In this document: piece after piece, positions 11,519 to 23,355 of the stretch
Layout: every line of letters begins with the position of its first letter
Position numbering within the stretch: the stretch's first letter is position 1
Assembly: GCA_964248365.1 (NCBI GenBank)
Contig: CAXTYC010000041.1
Coordinates: 1 to 38,024, forward strand
Length of the DNA: 38,024 nucleotides
Reading direction: 5' to 3'
From: an uncultured Chroococcidiopsis sp.
Lineage (GTDB): Bacteria; Cyanobacteriota; Cyanobacteriia; Cyanobacteriales; Chroococcidiopsidaceae
The notes under the pieces: model-generated
What the model saw: only the letters and a program-made list of their open reading frames with translations
Database searches by the model: none
What the model was told of the DNA's origin: nothing
Position numbers and translations under genes: made by a program

Positions 11519-14371
11519 CTATTTAGAGATTAAATCTGCTACTGTTGCTAACAATTCCTGCTCTAGATATGGCTTTTTCATATAAACAGTTGCCCCTAAT
11601 TCGCTGGCAACTAAGCGGTGCTTTTCACCAGTGCTAGAAGTCAATATTATCACTGGAATTTGCGATAGGATGGGGTCTTGGCGACGGTGGTTGAGAAATT
11701 CAAAACCATTCATGCGAGGCATTTCAAGATCGCAGATCACTAATTGAATATGCGAGTGCGATCGCAATTGTTCTAAGGCTTCATAACCATCACCTACCTG
11801 AACCACCTGATAGCCAGAATTTTGCAATGTTAAGGCTAGAGTTTCACGCCAGGTGAGTGAGTCATCCACGAGCAGCACTTTCACCGCCCTGTTTTTAAAC
11901 CCTAAATCCGGTTGCGAAGGTTGTTGAGGGCTGAGATAATTGGATGAAGTTGGAGTTATCAGACTTACAAAACTATCACTGGTGTGGGTAATTGGCGCTA
12001 CTTTAGTTGAAGCATTACTGTTTTGGTCAAACACATACTTTGTCAGCGCTGCTCCATCAATTACTAGTGCTAGTTGCCCCGAAGCCAAGATACTACCACC
12101 GTAAATATAGCATGGTGGTACAATTATCGAGTCTAAAGGTCGGATAACTAATTCCTGTTCCTCGATAATTTGGTCTACTTCTAAAGCTAAAACTTTATCC
12201 TGGTAACGCAGAAGCATTATTTGTCCCAGTTGCCAAGTGTCAGCGTTAAAATTTTCAGCAGTCGGCGCTGTTTGGGGTGCTGTAACCGCAGAGAAATAAT
12301 TCAAAATTTGCTCAAGCTTGCGCCCTGGGATTAGTTTTTCATCTGCGTCCTTACCCCATCTTAAAATGCCTTCCTCCCAGGAGGGAATTTGCGGCGAGGA
12401 AGGCATGAGAATTTGCTCAACGGTATCACTCAACACAGCGTATATCTTGGAACCAGCCTGACACAGAAACAATTTTGCCATCGTCAGGCTAAAAGGTATT
12501 TGTAGTAGAAAAGTCGTGCCTTGAAGCGGTTGAGAATGAACAGTAACTGCACCTTGAAGGGCTTGTAATTGGGCGCGGACGACATCAAGACCTATTCCCC
12601 GCCCAGAAAGGTTACTTACCGTAGTTGCAGTAGAAAAGCCTGGTTCAAAGAGTAAATCTATTAGTTGGGCTTCGTTGAGTTGGTAAGACTGTTGCGGCGA
12701 AACTATTTTACTGTCTACCGCTTGTTGCCGAATTTGTTCAAAGTTGAGTCCTTGACCATCATCTCGGACTTCAATCATCAGATTGCTACCTTGATTGAAG
12801 GCACGAATTTCAATTTGACCTGTTTGGTTTTTGCCTTGTTGTTGTCGCACTTCTAGGGGTTCAATCCCGTGATCGAAGGCATTGCGAACTAGGTGCAGCA
12901 GGGGATCGTAAAGCTTTTGGGCGATCGTCTTATCTACCAAAATTTCAGTACCACCCAGTTTTAACGCTACTGACTTACCGTGTAAGGTTGACAATTGTTG
13001 CAACACAGCAGGTAAGCGGCTAAAGACATCGCCCAAAGGAACCATTCGCGCTTCTAAACAGTCATCACGGGCGTTGGTTAACAGTCGGCTTTGTTTTTCT
13101 AGTAGCTGATTTGATTGGTGTGCCACTAAGTCAATGGTGTTGGTAGCTGCTTGCAGTTGCTCTACATTTTCTAGCAGGGAATGCACTAACAGATGGATGT
13201 GGCTATCGAGTTCTATTTCTTGTAGCTCAAAGTAATCACCCAGTTCTTCAAGCATTTGCTGATGCTGCTGCAACCGGGTGGATAATTCTTGAATTCCGCC
13301 TTGAAGTTTTTCATCCTCTAAGGATTGACGGTTTTGGTTGGTGAGTAATTCCCCAATCAGATAATTCAGGCGCTCCAAATGCTTGATATTGACGCGCACT
13401 GTATCAGGTATGGAAGTTGAAGTCGAGTTTTGTTTGTGTTGTTCGTTTGAGTCATTTTCGTAGGTAAGAGCAGGTATAATTTCAAACTCAGGTTCATCAA
13501 TAGTGGGTTCCTCCTCCTCGAAATCTGGAATATTCCAAATAGCATCAAGAAGCGAATCTGCCTCCTCAGCTCCCTCAGCTCCCCCTGCTTCCCCTCCAGC
13601 TAACTCTTGCAAGACAAAAGAAGGATTACCGCCCTCGGTGCGATCGCCAGCTAATATGCTTGCCCTACCTTGTTGAAAGTCTTCTAAAGCTGTCTGGGCT
13701 ATGATTAAAACTTGATCGGGATGTCTGGCTCTAGCAGCTATTGCAGTTGTTGCAATTGCTCCAAACCCTGGCAAATTCAAAGATTCAGCCAAGCCCAAGA
13801 ATACTTCAGCCTGGGTTTGAAGGGTGGAGGCGATTTCTTCGGGCTGACCGCTGGCTATAGCTTTAGCAATCTCTTCTAGTCTTTGAGCAACACCCACCTC
13901 AAAAATTGATTGCGTTACATCAAAGCCCAATTCTGTCGAAGTGGGTATGTAAGCGGAGTCAAAACAGTCTCCCAACTTCTCTTGCAGTTGGCTAAAGATT
14001 GCAGCAGAGTAGTCAAAAAGTTCGGCATCATTACTACTAACACCTGTAATTTGTGCTACTAAAGGTTCGCGTAAGCACTCGTATGCTTCAAAAAGTAAGG
14101 CTTCAGTTTCTTGATCGATACTTATATCTGGTTTGCACAGAGCTTTAAAAATATCCTCCAGCGAGTGAGCTACTGCCTTGATGCCTTCCAACCCTACACT
14201 AGCTGCTGCCCCTTTCAGAGTATGGGTAGCTCGCATTAAAGTGTGAACCTTGGTAATACTCCAGTCTTCTCTGAGACTGAGCAGTTCTTGTTCCAATACT
14301 TGCAACAGCAGCGGCGCTTCTTGAAGAAAATAAGCGTAGCTTTGCTCGCGGATAGTAGGGTCGTTAGTCAT
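11519..14371 (-). CDS. CheA-like hybrid kinase (Hpt-HATPase-CheW-REC), PixL/PtxE type
   Basis: LMRATHTLKG Hpt, HLVRNAFDHG N-box, SGRGIGLDVV G2 box, C-terminal receiver domain. Confidence 0.93.
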   Translation of the reverse strand: MTNDPTIREQSYAYFLQEAPLLLQVLEQELLSLREDWSITKVHTLMRATHTLKGAAASVGLEGIKAVAHSLEDIFKALCKPDISIDQETEALLFEAYECLREPLVAQITGVSSNDAELFDYSAAIFSQLQEKLGDCFDSAYIPTSTELGFDVTQSIFEVGVAQRLEEIAKAIASGQPEEIASTLQTQAEVFLGLAESLNLPGFGAIATTAIAARARHPDQVLIIAQTALEDFQQGRASILAGDRTEGGNPSFVLQELAGGEAGGAEGAEEADSLLDAIWNIPDFEEEEPTIDEPEFEIIPALTYENDSNEQHKQNSTSTSIPDTVRVNIKHLERLNYLIGELLTNQNRQSLEDEKLQGGIQELSTRLQQHQQMLEELGDYFELQEIELDSHIHLLVHSLLENVEQLQAATNTIDLVAHQSNQLLEKQSRLLTNARDDCLEARMVPLGDVFSRLPAVLQQLSTLHGKSVALKLGGTEILVDKTIAQKLYDPLLHLVRNAFDHGIEPLEVRQQQGKNQTGQIEIRAFNQGSNLMIEVRDDGQGLNFEQIRQQAVDSKIVSPQQSYQLNEAQLIDLLFEPGFSTATTVSNLSGRGIGLDVVRAQLQALQGAVTVHSQPLQGTTFLLQIPFSLTMAKLFLCQAGSKIYAVLSDTVEQILMPSSPQIPSWEEGILRWGKDADEKLIPGRKLEQILNYFSAVTAPQTAPTAENFNADTWQLGQIMLLRYQDKVLALEVDQIIEEQELVIRPLDSIIVPPCYIYGGSILASGQLALVIDGAALTKYVFDQNSNASTKVAPITHTSDSFVSLITPTSSNYLSPQQPSQPDLGFKNRAVKVLLVDDSLTWRETLALTLQNSGYQVVQVGDGYEALEQLRSHSHIQLVICDLEMPRMNGFEFLNHRRQDPILSQIPVIILTSSTGEKHRLVASELGATVYMKKPYLEQELLATVADLISK

Positions 14372-14407
14372 AGTATTTTGGTATAAATAATTACTACATT
14401 AATATGA

Positions 14408-14584
14408 AGGGGCTAGGGGCTAGAAGAGGGCAAAAGGAGGCAAAAGGAGGCAAAAGGAGGCTAAGGGAGAAAGTGCATTCAAATTTTTTGACTTGAAAGC
14501 AAGGATATGGTATAAAACACCCCCTCAGATCCCTCAGATCCCTCAGCTTTCCTCTAGTCCCTAGCCCCTGCGCCCTAGCCCCTA
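14408..14584. repeat. STRR cluster with inverted heptamers (GGGGCTA ... TAGCCCC) around AAAAGGAGGC and CCCTCAGAT tandems
   Basis: Seen directly between the MCP and CheA genes. Confidence 0.7.
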
Positions 14585-14585
14585 A

Positions 14586-17500
14586 TTATTCGACCTTGAA
14601 CTTACCTACACTGGTTTGGAGATCAGCCGCCATTGTCAGCAACTCTTGGAAGGCAGCGGCTAGGTGCATAGAATCAACAGAGGTTTTATTGGCAATGTTT
14701 GCCACTTCATTCATGGTTTGAGTGACTGACTGGGATTGCTGAGTTTGGATTTGGGTTGCTTTGGTGATGCCTTCTACTAGCTGGCTGATTTCGGCTGTAG
14801 CTTCAACGATCGCATTGAGACTGCTGCGGGTTTCTTTAACTAAGTCAGTGCCTGTAACCACTTGTTGAATACCTGTCTCCATTGCCTTGCTCACTTGGGC
14901 AGTACCTGCTTGAATTTCCTGCACTAGCGCGGCAATTTCTGTGTTAGCTGCTGCTGACTGTCTGGCTAGACTTCGCACTTCATCTGCCACTACGGCAAAC
15001 CCTCGCCCGTATTCCCCTGCTCTTGTTGCTTCAATCGAAGCATTTAGCGCCAATAGCTGAGTTTGAGTTGTGAAGTTACCGATCAAATTTACTACTCCCG
15101 AAATCTTTTGCGAGGATTGCGACAGACGCTTAATCAGCTTGCCTGTTTCCGCTACAGTTTCTCGAATAGCAAGAATTCCATCCACAGTCCGATTCATCGC
15201 TGCATCTCCAGCCCGTACAGTTTGGTTTGTTCTTTGGGCGGCTAATTCCACTTGTTGAGCATCGGCGGCAACAACTGCACTAGAATTTACCATTACTTGA
15301 ATTTTCTCTAGAGCTAGGTTAAGGGACTGTAACTGTCTATTAGCCTGAGTCGCTAGCGCTGACAGGTCTGATTCACTTGCTTGACAAGTTTTGGCAACTG
15401 TGCAACTAGCGGATTGCACTTGCACTACAGTTTTACGCAAGCTTTGCAGGGTGTTGTTATAGGCATCGGCGATCGTACCGACCTCATCATCTGTAATTGG
15501 AGCGCGAACGGTTAAGTCTCCATTCAAAGCTGGTCTTACCGCGATCAGCAGTTGAATAGCCCGCTGTTGTAGCTGTTCTTTTGTTTCTTTCTCTCGTTGG
15601 GCAATCTGCGTCAATTGCTCAGACTTCTGTCGCACCTGTTCTACATACTCAGCCTGTTTTAGGACTGCACCTACTTGTAAGCCAATCTGGGCTAAGCTAC
15701 TCACTTCTACCTCTTCCCAATCGCGGGGACTGGAGTTTTGATAAGCGCCTAGTAACCCCCAAAGCTTCTGATTCACAAACACAGGCACAATCATGTAAGC
15801 TCTGACTTGCATTTGCTCCAGTAGTTCGACATGACAAGGAGAGTGTCCGGCAGTGTAGATATCATTTACAGCCAGGGTTTCGTTGTGGCGATATCTTCCC
15901 CCTTGGGTTTCTTGCAAGTGGCTGTCTGAGATGATTGGCATAGTATCGAGCAAGCGACTCCAGCTGTGCGCAACAGATTCCGCTACAAACTCACCGCTCC
16001 AGTCAGGGTTAAATTTATATAGCGCTACCCTATCGACTCCCAACAGATAGCGGACATCTTGTGTCGTAATTTGGAAGATGGTTTTACTGTCGAATGAAGA
16101 TCGCAACAGCCTACTAGCAATTTTGGTCAAGCCTTGCTCTCGTGCAGCAGATGCAGCTAATTTGTCAGATGAAGCACGAACTTGCTGCAATGCTTCTGCT
16201 TGCTGTAGAGCAATACCCAGGGGATAGCTTACTTTGATCATGCATTCGATTTCCCATTCTTCCCAGTGGCGAGGAGCAGAGTTTTGATAAGCAGCCATCA
16301 AGCCCCAGAGTTTATCTCCTTGGAAGATGGGAACATTTATGTAGGCTCTGGCTTGGTATTTTTCTAAAGTTTCTAGGTAACAGGAGGAGAAGCCAGCAGC
16401 GTAGATATCATCAACTCGTAAAAACCGTTCACCTTTGGTATAAATTCCACCCTGAGTTTCTTTAACATAGGTATCAGTCGAAGTATGGGGAACAGGTAGG
16501 TTATTTACAACACAGCGATCGCCTACAACTTTATTACTCTTCAAGCTAGCATCATGTTCCTGTTCTTTGAGCAGTGCTAGCCAACCTGGAGCAACCGATT
16601 CAGCAACAAATTCACCACTCCAATCAGGATTGAAACGATAAAGTACTACGCGATCGGCTTTTAGCAACTGTCGTAATTCTCGTGTAGCAGTTCTAAAGAT
16701 GCTCCCAATATCTAGCGACTGCCGAATTTTATCAATAATACGGGCGATCGTACGCTCTAGTTCAGCAGATTTAGCGATCTGATCGACTTTAAGTTGAAGT
16801 TGATTCCGAACTTCTGCTTGCTGTAAGGCAATACCCAGGGGGCTACTTAGCTGTAGCATAATATTAATTTCCCCTTCTTCCCAATGTCTGGGACCGGAGT
16901 TGTGATAAGCGCCAAGTAATCCCCAAAGTTTATTATCTTGAAAAATCGGTACAATTATGTAAGCTCTAGCTTGGTATTTTTTTAAAGATTCCAGGTAACA
17001 GGGAGAAAAGTCAGCAGCGTATATATCATCAACAGATTTAAATTTTTCCCCTTTAGCATAGTCACCTCCCCTAGTTTCTTGCAGGTAAGTATCAGTATCA
17101 CTGGTAGAGTAAGCTGTTAAATCCTTCAAAGTACAGCGATCAAAGTTAGTTCTGTCTGCTTTCAATACTTGCTCATGCTCTTGCTCTGTAATTACCGAAA
17201 CCCAGCCAGCGGTGACAGATTCTGCTACAAATTCCCCACTCCAATCCGAATTAAAGCGATAAATTACTACTCGATCGGCTTTGAGCAAATGTCGCAATTC
17301 TTTGGTAGCGGTGCGGAAGATACTATTAATATCGGGCGAGCGCTGGATTTTCTCAATTACTTTGACCAGGACTTTTTGCTGCTGTGTAACACTTTGGAGT
17401 TGGGCGCGATATTCAACTGGTTGTAGGTTTAAGCTTAGCTCGGCGACAGTTTGATACAACAAATTAATCTCATTTTCCTGCCATTGCCGAGAGCTAGAGC

Positions 17501-18188
17501 ATTGCTGTACGACTAGCAAACCCCATATTTGACCTTCTAACACAATTGGCATAGCTAAGCTTGCTGTCACCTGAAATTTCTCCAAGAGTTGAACTTGGTA
17601 GGGACTCAGGTTTAACTGATAAATATCATCCAGCACTACTACTTGCTGCTGCTGGTAGGCTGAATCATCTTCAGCTCCAAACATCACTGCTGATATTGTT
17701 TCACCTAAAGTAGGGGTATAACCGCTTATCATTGACTCTGCTAAAACTACACCCCGATCTTTATCCTGAAAACGGTAGATGATAGCTCGATCTACTTGTA
17801 AATGGTGATGCACACAGGTAACTGTAGATTTGAGTAGAGTATCAACATCCGATGCCATCCGCATCTGCTCTACAATGGCTAATAATCGGGTTCGTTCACT
17901 TTTAAAGCTTTGCGAAGTTGCTGTTAGTTGATCTTTAAAACCTATTTGTAAAAGTTGCGCTAATTTCTCTAGCTGACGAAACTTAACTTGGGCTTCTGGG
18001 GTATTCAAAAATCCCTCTTTTTCTAGTTCAGATCGGAAAGCACTAACTAATGCCATCGGTTGATTTGCATCAAATTCGTCTCTAGCTCCCGTGCCTACTG
18101 CGCCGTTGCCAAGAGCTTTAGTTTGATCGTGTTGCCCTTGATTTAACTTAGGTTCCCGTTCTAGATTAAATAAATGTTTAATTTGCAT
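14586..18188 (-). CDS. Multi-GAF cyanobacteriochrome methyl-accepting photoreceptor, PixJ/PtxD type
   Basis: Four GAF domains ([32 protein letters not shown]), three with a bilin-binding Cys (FSPCY, FSSCY, HSPCH), plus a C-terminal MCP domain. No obvious transmembrane segment. Confidence 0.92.
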   Translation of the reverse strand: MQIKHLFNLEREPKLNQGQHDQTKALGNGAVGTGARDEFDANQPMALVSAFRSELEKEGFLNTPEAQVKFRQLEKLAQLLQIGFKDQLTATSQSFKSERTRLLAIVEQMRMASDVDTLLKSTVTCVHHHLQVDRAIIYRFQDKDRGVVLAESMISGYTPTLGETISAVMFGAEDDSAYQQQQVVVLDDIYQLNLSPYQVQLLEKFQVTASLAMPIVLEGQIWGLLVVQQCSSSRQWQENEINLLYQTVAELSLNLQPVEYRAQLQSVTQQQKVLVKVIEKIQRSPDINSIFRTATKELRHLLKADRVVIYRFNSDWSGEFVAESVTAGWVSVITEQEHEQVLKADRTNFDRCTLKDLTAYSTSDTDTYLQETRGGDYAKGEKFKSVDDIYAADFSPCYLESLKKYQARAYIIVPIFQDNKLWGLLGAYHNSGPRHWEEGEINIMLQLSSPLGIALQQAEVRNQLQLKVDQIAKSAELERTIARIIDKIRQSLDIGSIFRTATRELRQLLKADRVVLYRFNPDWSGEFVAESVAPGWLALLKEQEHDASLKSNKVVGDRCVVNNLPVPHTSTDTYVKETQGGIYTKGERFLRVDDIYAAGFSSCYLETLEKYQARAYINVPIFQGDKLWGLMAAYQNSAPRHWEEWEIECMIKVSYPLGIALQQAEALQQVRASSDKLAASAAREQGLTKIASRLLRSSFDSKTIFQITTQDVRYLLGVDRVALYKFNPDWSGEFVAESVAHSWSRLLDTMPIISDSHLQETQGGRYRHNETLAVNDIYTAGHSPCHVELLEQMQVRAYMIVPVFVNQKLWGLLGAYQNSSPRDWEEVEVSSLAQIGLQVGAVLKQAEYVEQVRQKSEQLTQIAQREKETKEQLQQRAIQLLIAVRPALNGDLTVRAPITDDEVGTIADAYNNTLQSLRKTVVQVQSASCTVAKTCQASESDLSALATQANRQLQSLNLALEKIQVMVNSSAVVAADAQQVELAAQRTNQTVRAGDAAMNRTVDGILAIRETVAETGKLIKRLSQSSQKISGVVNLIGNFTTQTQLLALNASIEATRAGEYGRGFAVVADEVRSLARQSAAANTEIAALVQEIQAGTAQVSKAMETGIQQVVTGTDLVKETRSSLNAIVEATAEISQLVEGITKATQIQTQQSQSVTQTMNEVANIANKTSVDSMHLAAAFQELLTMAADLQTSVGKFKVE

Positions 18189-18409
18189 ACTTAATTCCTG
18201 CTTTTAGATTTCTGAGTGTACTTTAGAGGTTACTATTCCTTATTGATTATGAGTGCTATTTTCTGTGACTAAGACAACTTAAAAAAATTCTGGATTTAAT
18301 TAGTAGATTGCATAACGCCCCTGTTTTGTGTTTTCGTTGTAACAAATGAAGTTAAGAAAGTATATAATCTTATAGCAGTGAGTAGATAGATTAGGACAAG
18401 TCAATCAAA

Positions 18410-18470
18410 TTCGTAATTCGTAATTCGTAATTAATGATTCTCCCCCTCTCCCCTGATTCCCCCTACTCCC
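18410..18470. repeat. STRR repeats (TAATTCG)n and (TCCCCnn)n
   Basis: TTCGTAATTCGTAATTCGTAATT followed by TCCCCCTCTCCCCTGATTCCCC. The same blocks recur at 19414-19555. Confidence 0.7.
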
Positions 18471-19015
18471 TACTCCCTCCTATAACTGCGATGAACTTGC
18501 CACAAAGGACAACGAGCGATCGCAGAGGTATCCAACACTATTCCATTTACACCTGGTAAGTATCCCTTGACGAAAGGTAGTAATCTAGGTGAAAATACCT
18601 CGGCAGTGGCTCTTTGGAGTTGATCTGCGTCATGTAATTCGATATCCTTCACATACGGCACAACTAAACCCATAGACTGCCCATTGATCTGAATTACTAT
18701 TGCCATAGGTGGCTCTGTGTGTCCCCTTTGCGATCGCAAGGGGGGATAATCAATCAAATGATTTAGATCTATCAGCCAAAGCATTTTTCCGCGCCAGTTG
18801 TAAATTCCTAAAACACAACTTGGCATTTCTGGAACGGGTAAAATATCTACTATGCTAACGCTCAGAACTTCCGTAATTTGTTCTAGGGGAAGCAAACCCC
18901 TATCCTGAAAACCGAGAGCAAAGCGAAGAAACTTCTGACTGTTTTGTGACAGTGTCAGATCATTAGTTAATTGGCTAAGGCTGTTGGTTGTTACCAGTGG
19001 GTTAAATGACTCCAT
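18470..19015 (-). CDS. CheW-like protein, PixI/PtxC type
   Basis: ILPVPEMPSCVLGIYNWRGKMLWLIDL CheW motif. Confidence 0.9.
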   Translation of the reverse strand: MESFNPLVTTNSLSQLTNDLTLSQNSQKFLRFALGFQDRGLLPLEQITEVLSVSIVDILPVPEMPSCVLGIYNWRGKMLWLIDLNHLIDYPPLRSQRGHTEPPMAIVIQINGQSMGLVVPYVKDIELHDADQLQRATAEVFSPRLLPFVKGYLPGVNGIVLDTSAIARCPLWQVHRSYRRE

Positions 19016-19019
19016 CTGT

Positions 19020-19382
19020 CTAGTAAATTAATTGCTGGACGATTTGCATTAGCTTTTGCTGATCTACAGGTTTAGCTAGGTAGGCATTAGCTCCCAACAT
19101 CGAACCCCAAAGCATATCAACAGGGGTTCCTTTTGAAGAGCAGATCACAACGGGAATTTGTTTGGTGTCTTCATTGGTTTTCAGGTAATGACACAATTCA
19201 AACCCGCTTTGACCTGGTAAAATCACATCAAGAATTACCAAGTCCGGTTTCTGTAGCCGCAATTTTGTCTGGGCTTCCTCACCACTCTTAACACTAACTA
19301 CTGTAAGACCAAATTGTCTCAAATAAGCGGTTAGAACTTCGGTATCTGTTAAGCTATCTTCAACTACAAGCACTGTACTCAA
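19020..19382 (-). CDS. CheY-like response regulator, PixH/PtxB type
   Basis: Single receiver domain. TTG start with AGGAG RBS. Confidence 0.9.
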   Translation of the reverse strand: MSTVLVVEDSLTDTEVLTAYLRQFGLTVVSVKSGEEAQTKLRLQKPDLVILDVILPGQSGFELCHYLKTNEDTKQIPVVICSSKGTPVDMLWGSMLGANAYLAKPVDQQKLMQIVQQLIY

Positions 19383-19413
19383 CGCCTTTGCTCCTGCAAT
19401 ATATAACTGTTCA

Positions 19414-19556
<143 letters not shown>

Positions 19557-19562
19557 ACTGCA

Positions 19563-20786
19563 CTAAGCATTCTGATGGTTCCCTTGCCTAAATTGAACTG
19601 GTTTTGGTATTGATAAATACTTCCGTACTACGGCAAGTACCTTGCTTTGATCAATGGGTTTTGCCAAGAAATCCGTTGAGCGAACCATCTTAGCCCGAAC
19701 TCGATCTACAATTCCATCATTCCCTGTAAAAATAATTACAGGTGTATCTTTGAAAATCGAAGTCCGGCGGATTTGAGCGCAGATTTCATAACCATTGGCA
19801 ATGGGCATGACCAAATCCAAGAAAATCAAGTTGGGCTTGTGTTCTAACAACATGGGCAAGGCAAGGACGGAATCTTGCAGGCTGATGTACCGATAGCCTG
19901 CCTTAGTGAGAATTTGCCCCATAATCTGACTGTCTCTAGGGCTGTCGTCGATATATGCTATCAAGGGAGCATTCGGCTGGGGTTTAGAAGTATAAGATGA
20001 TGACCCAGAGGGAATTGTTGTCAATCGCTCAATTGATGCACCAATGTCGGGGATTTCGGTAAATTTCATTAACCCTTGACTGACATAGGGTATAAGTGAA
20101 GAGGTAAGTAGCAAAGGCTCTTGTCTCAACTTTAGAGCTAAGTCTCTTAAAGTCCGCTTTCCATCTACTAAGGTCGTGAGGCTGCGGTAGGCAATTGCCC
20201 CTGTTTGCTGTTGCAATCGTTCTTTGTGCCAAATTACCGGAGCAAGGTTAGGGGAAAAGTCTTGTAGCCCTGCGTGTTGCCATTTTGCCCAAGCTTGCTG
20301 TGCCAGCTTCCAAGCTGTGTCTGGTTGGATGAAGACGAGGGGAGAAGAATACAGTGTAGCTTCGGGGACGTAAATATAGGTTAGCCCAGTTGCCATGCGA
20401 TCGCGCTGCACATCCTCCTGCTGTATAATATCGAACAACACCTCGGCAATACTGCCTTGCACAACTCCTACCATCTGCTGGCGCAAAATTTCTCTTTTCT
20501 TTAGTAATTCTGCCAAATATTCATAATTGCGACTTTGACTATCCGTTCCTCCGGCAATACTGGTAGCATCAACGTTAATTTGCGGACAGTATTGACACAA
20601 CTGTCTGCACCAACGTCGCACTGGATGCGTACCGCCTGCATCCCCAATCAAATGACCCAAATGGAAATATAAACTCCACTGCTGACTTTGTGAGCCTTTG
20701 ATATCCAGTCTGCCGTTCCTTAGCTTTCCTTGGCTCCACGCCTGAAGCCAATTGCTCATACCTGTAAATAAATGGCTCTGGGTCAT
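19563..20786 (-). CDS. PatA-family response regulator, PixG/PtxA type
   Basis: PATAN-type N-terminus (GRLDIKG..WSLYFHLG..GGTHPVRRW) plus a receiver domain (FLDLVMPIANGYEIC). Confidence 0.9.
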   Translation of the reverse strand: MTQSHLFTGMSNWLQAWSQGKLRNGRLDIKGSQSQQWSLYFHLGHLIGDAGGTHPVRRWCRQLCQYCPQINVDATSIAGGTDSQSRNYEYLAELLKKREILRQQMVGVVQGSIAEVLFDIIQQEDVQRDRMATGLTYIYVPEATLYSSPLVFIQPDTAWKLAQQAWAKWQHAGLQDFSPNLAPVIWHKERLQQQTGAIAYRSLTTLVDGKRTLRDLALKLRQEPLLLTSSLIPYVSQGLMKFTEIPDIGASIERLTTIPSGSSSYTSKPQPNAPLIAYIDDSPRDSQIMGQILTKAGYRYISLQDSVLALPMLLEHKPNLIFLDLVMPIANGYEICAQIRRTSIFKDTPVIIFTGNDGIVDRVRAKMVRSTDFLAKPIDQSKVLAVVRKYLSIPKPVQFRQGNHQNA

Positions 20787-20900
20787 TGAATCGGTTCCCT
20801 TAGTTTAGCAGATGTTGAAAAGAGTCATTTTGTTAACTTCTGCACAATCTTCTGTTTTAAAGAAAGAATCTCTGTCAATACCTCTAACTCTCGCAACCAC

Positions 20901-21026
20901 TAAGCTGTTGTGCATTTAAGTTGCATCGTGATGGCAGCACTCTAAGCGGGGGATGCAGGGGTAGCAGGGGGAGATAAGACGATTGTCAAATCCCACGAGA
21001 GTGCAAATTAAATGTGCTTTAGCTTA
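20901..21026. mobile_element. TA-flanked MITE-like element
   Basis: Imperfect 25-bp terminal inverted repeats TAAGCTGTTGTGCATTTAAGTTGCA / TGCAAATTAAATGTGCTTTAGCTTA, with an internal G-rich tandem and no ORF. Confidence 0.6.
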
Positions 21027-22009
21027 TCCTCATTTTAGGTAAAAAACTAATTTTACTCTCCTCATATTCTTTTTGCCTGCCCAATAAAATTTCTTTTACT
21101 TATTAAATGCATTTGTTTGTACTTTATTAATAATTTATACATAAGAGTTTGGAAAAAACACACCCGCTCAAACTTATAATGATTACTTACTAATTAATTC
21201 CTGACTAATTAGTTTTAATCACCAGTATTTAATTATGCTTACGATGTTGAAACAAAAAAACCAAAAGCAACCGAGAAGTCTGACTTTAACACGTCACGAG
21301 TGATTTTATATGTGATAATTTTTATTGACCTTGCTTAGTTCTTAATGTAACATTTTTATTTTTACATGAGCATAAAATTTAAGTACTGGTCAAGTCAAAG
21401 GTTTTGTCTTGGCAATCCTGGGTTTGATAAAAGATTGCTTTGCCACCCGTGCCGCCCCCTCAATCACTGCAAGTAGTGAAGGAAAAAACTGTATTATAAA
21501 TAATAAATTATGGATTGAACGCGATCGCATTCAATATTCAGCCCAAAGCTTACTCTTCACAGTTATTGACAAATTGCCTCAAGTTTGCTAAACTAAAATA
21601 TCAAAAATTAAAGAGTGTTCAAAGGGACGAGTGCAAAATACGAAAAGTTGTATTTACCTTTTCCCTTTTCCTTTTGCCTATTCTTCCAATGTGGCAACAC
21701 GTCTATTGTGGCATTGATTAGCTAAAGATGCATCTTTAGCTAAATCATTGGTGAGAGTGATAAATGATGCATTTAACCTACCAAGATGCGAACAAGGTTG
21801 AGGGCTGCTATGTTAGGAGAGGTGTGAAGAGCGATAACTACGCTCACAAGGGCGCTTACGTACTCGTTTGATGGTTGTCCTACCTGGGAAAATGAGAAAA
21901 TCTAGGTGTGGAATATTATTGCCTAGCTAAATGAATCAACGCAATCGATAATTATACAATTGAGTCGAACATCTAATCGTTTGAACAACAGTAATCGGAG
22001 TCGAGTGCC

Positions 22010-23272
22010 ATGCTGCCGATAAGCCAAGCAGAGGCAATTATTTTAGATTTGGTGCAACCACTAGATGAAGAGCGAGATGGGGAAGTTGTCAGCTTGCTAA
22101 CGGCAATTGAGCGGATTTTAGCAGCGCCAGTCGTAAGCAAGCTAGATTTTCCCCACTGGGACAACTCGGCGATGGACGGGTATGCAGTGCGTCATGAGGA
22201 TGTGCAGCACTGTAGCGGGGAGCAACCAGCGGTTTTGGAAATAGTAGAAGAAATTCCGGCAGGGCGATCGCCTCAGTCTACAATTCTACCAGGGCAAGCA
22301 GCGCGAATTCTTACGGGTGCAGTCATGCCAGCAGGTGCTGACACCGTTGTAATGCAGGAACACACACGGCGAGAAGGCGATCGCGTACTGATCTTAACAT
22401 CTCCCTCGCCACGAGCCTTTGTCCGACACCAAGCGTCTTTCTACCAAGCAGGCACACCACTTTTGTCACCAGGAGTTATGCTTCAGGCAACTCAACTTGC
22501 CGTACTAGCAGCCGTCCAGTGTAACCAGATGAAAGTCTACCGCCGTCCCCGCGTAGCAATTTTATCTACAGGGGATGAACTGGTAAAACCCGATCAACAT
22601 TTACAATTAGGTCAGATTGTAGACTCAAATCAGTACGCCCTCACCGCACTGGTGACACAGACAGGGGCAGAACCTTGGCAAATGGGCATTGTTCCCGATC
22701 AGCCAGAGGCACTAAATAAAGCAATTACCCAGGCGATCGCCAGCTCTGATGTAGTCTTGTCTTCTGGTGGCGTGTCGGTGGGAGATTATGACTATGTTGA
22801 ACCTCTTTTGGAGTCTCTAGGAGGAGAGATTCATATTCGTGCTGTAGGGATAAAACCTGGTAAACCGTTCACCTTCGCCAAGTTTGCCGCCTCAGCTGCT
22901 ACCAATCACAAACCAGTATTGTTCTTTGGTTTACCAGGAAATCCAGTTTCTGCTTTGGTGTGTTTTTGGCGGCTTGTCCAACCAGCACTGAAGAAACTTT
23001 CTGGTTTAGCTCGCAGTTGGGGACCTGTGTTTGTACAGGCGCGATCGCAGCATGACTTGCATTCAGATGGTAAGCGGGAAACTTATCTTTGGGGACAACT
23101 ACACCTAGTTAACGGCAAATACGAATTTTACCTGGCAGGTGGTAGCCATAGCTCCGGCAACTTGATTAATTTAGCTCAAACCAATGGTTTAGCAGTACTA
23201 CCCGTAGGGCAAACTTTCATTTCAGCCGGAGAACAGGTACAGATTTTAAAAGTTGGTTCGCCTGTAGTCTAA
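22010..23272 (+). CDS. moeA: Molybdopterin molybdotransferase MoeA
   Basis: NSAMDGYAV, STGDELV, SSGGVSVGDYD, KPGKP and GLPGNPVS motifs. Confidence 0.96.
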   Translation: MLPISQAEAIILDLVQPLDEERDGEVVSLLTAIERILAAPVVSKLDFPHWDNSAMDGYAVRHEDVQHCSGEQPAVLEIVEEIPAGRSPQSTILPGQAARILTGAVMPAGADTVVMQEHTRREGDRVLILTSPSPRAFVRHQASFYQAGTPLLSPGVMLQATQLAVLAAVQCNQMKVYRRPRVAILSTGDELVKPDQHLQLGQIVDSNQYALTALVTQTGAEPWQMGIVPDQPEALNKAITQAIASSDVVLSSGGVSVGDYDYVEPLLESLGGEIHIRAVGIKPGKPFTFAKFAASAATNHKPVLFFGLPGNPVSALVCFWRLVQPALKKLSGLARSWGPVFVQARSQHDLHSDGKRETYLWGQLHLVNGKYEFYLAGGSHSSGNLINLAQTNGLAVLPVGQTFISAGEQVQILKVGSPVV

Positions 23273-23355
23273 GTTTGAGATTTGCTGATCGCACTGTTGC
23301 TCAGCATCACAGGTTAGATTGATCAGAAAACATTATTTTCTGTCTGACAGATGCT

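Noticed and set aside
21348..21366. NtcA box
   Set aside because: GTA and TAC are 13 nt apart rather than 8.
21745..22005. Moco riboswitch upstream of moeA
   Set aside because: Context is suggestive, but I could not identify the conserved motifs by eye.
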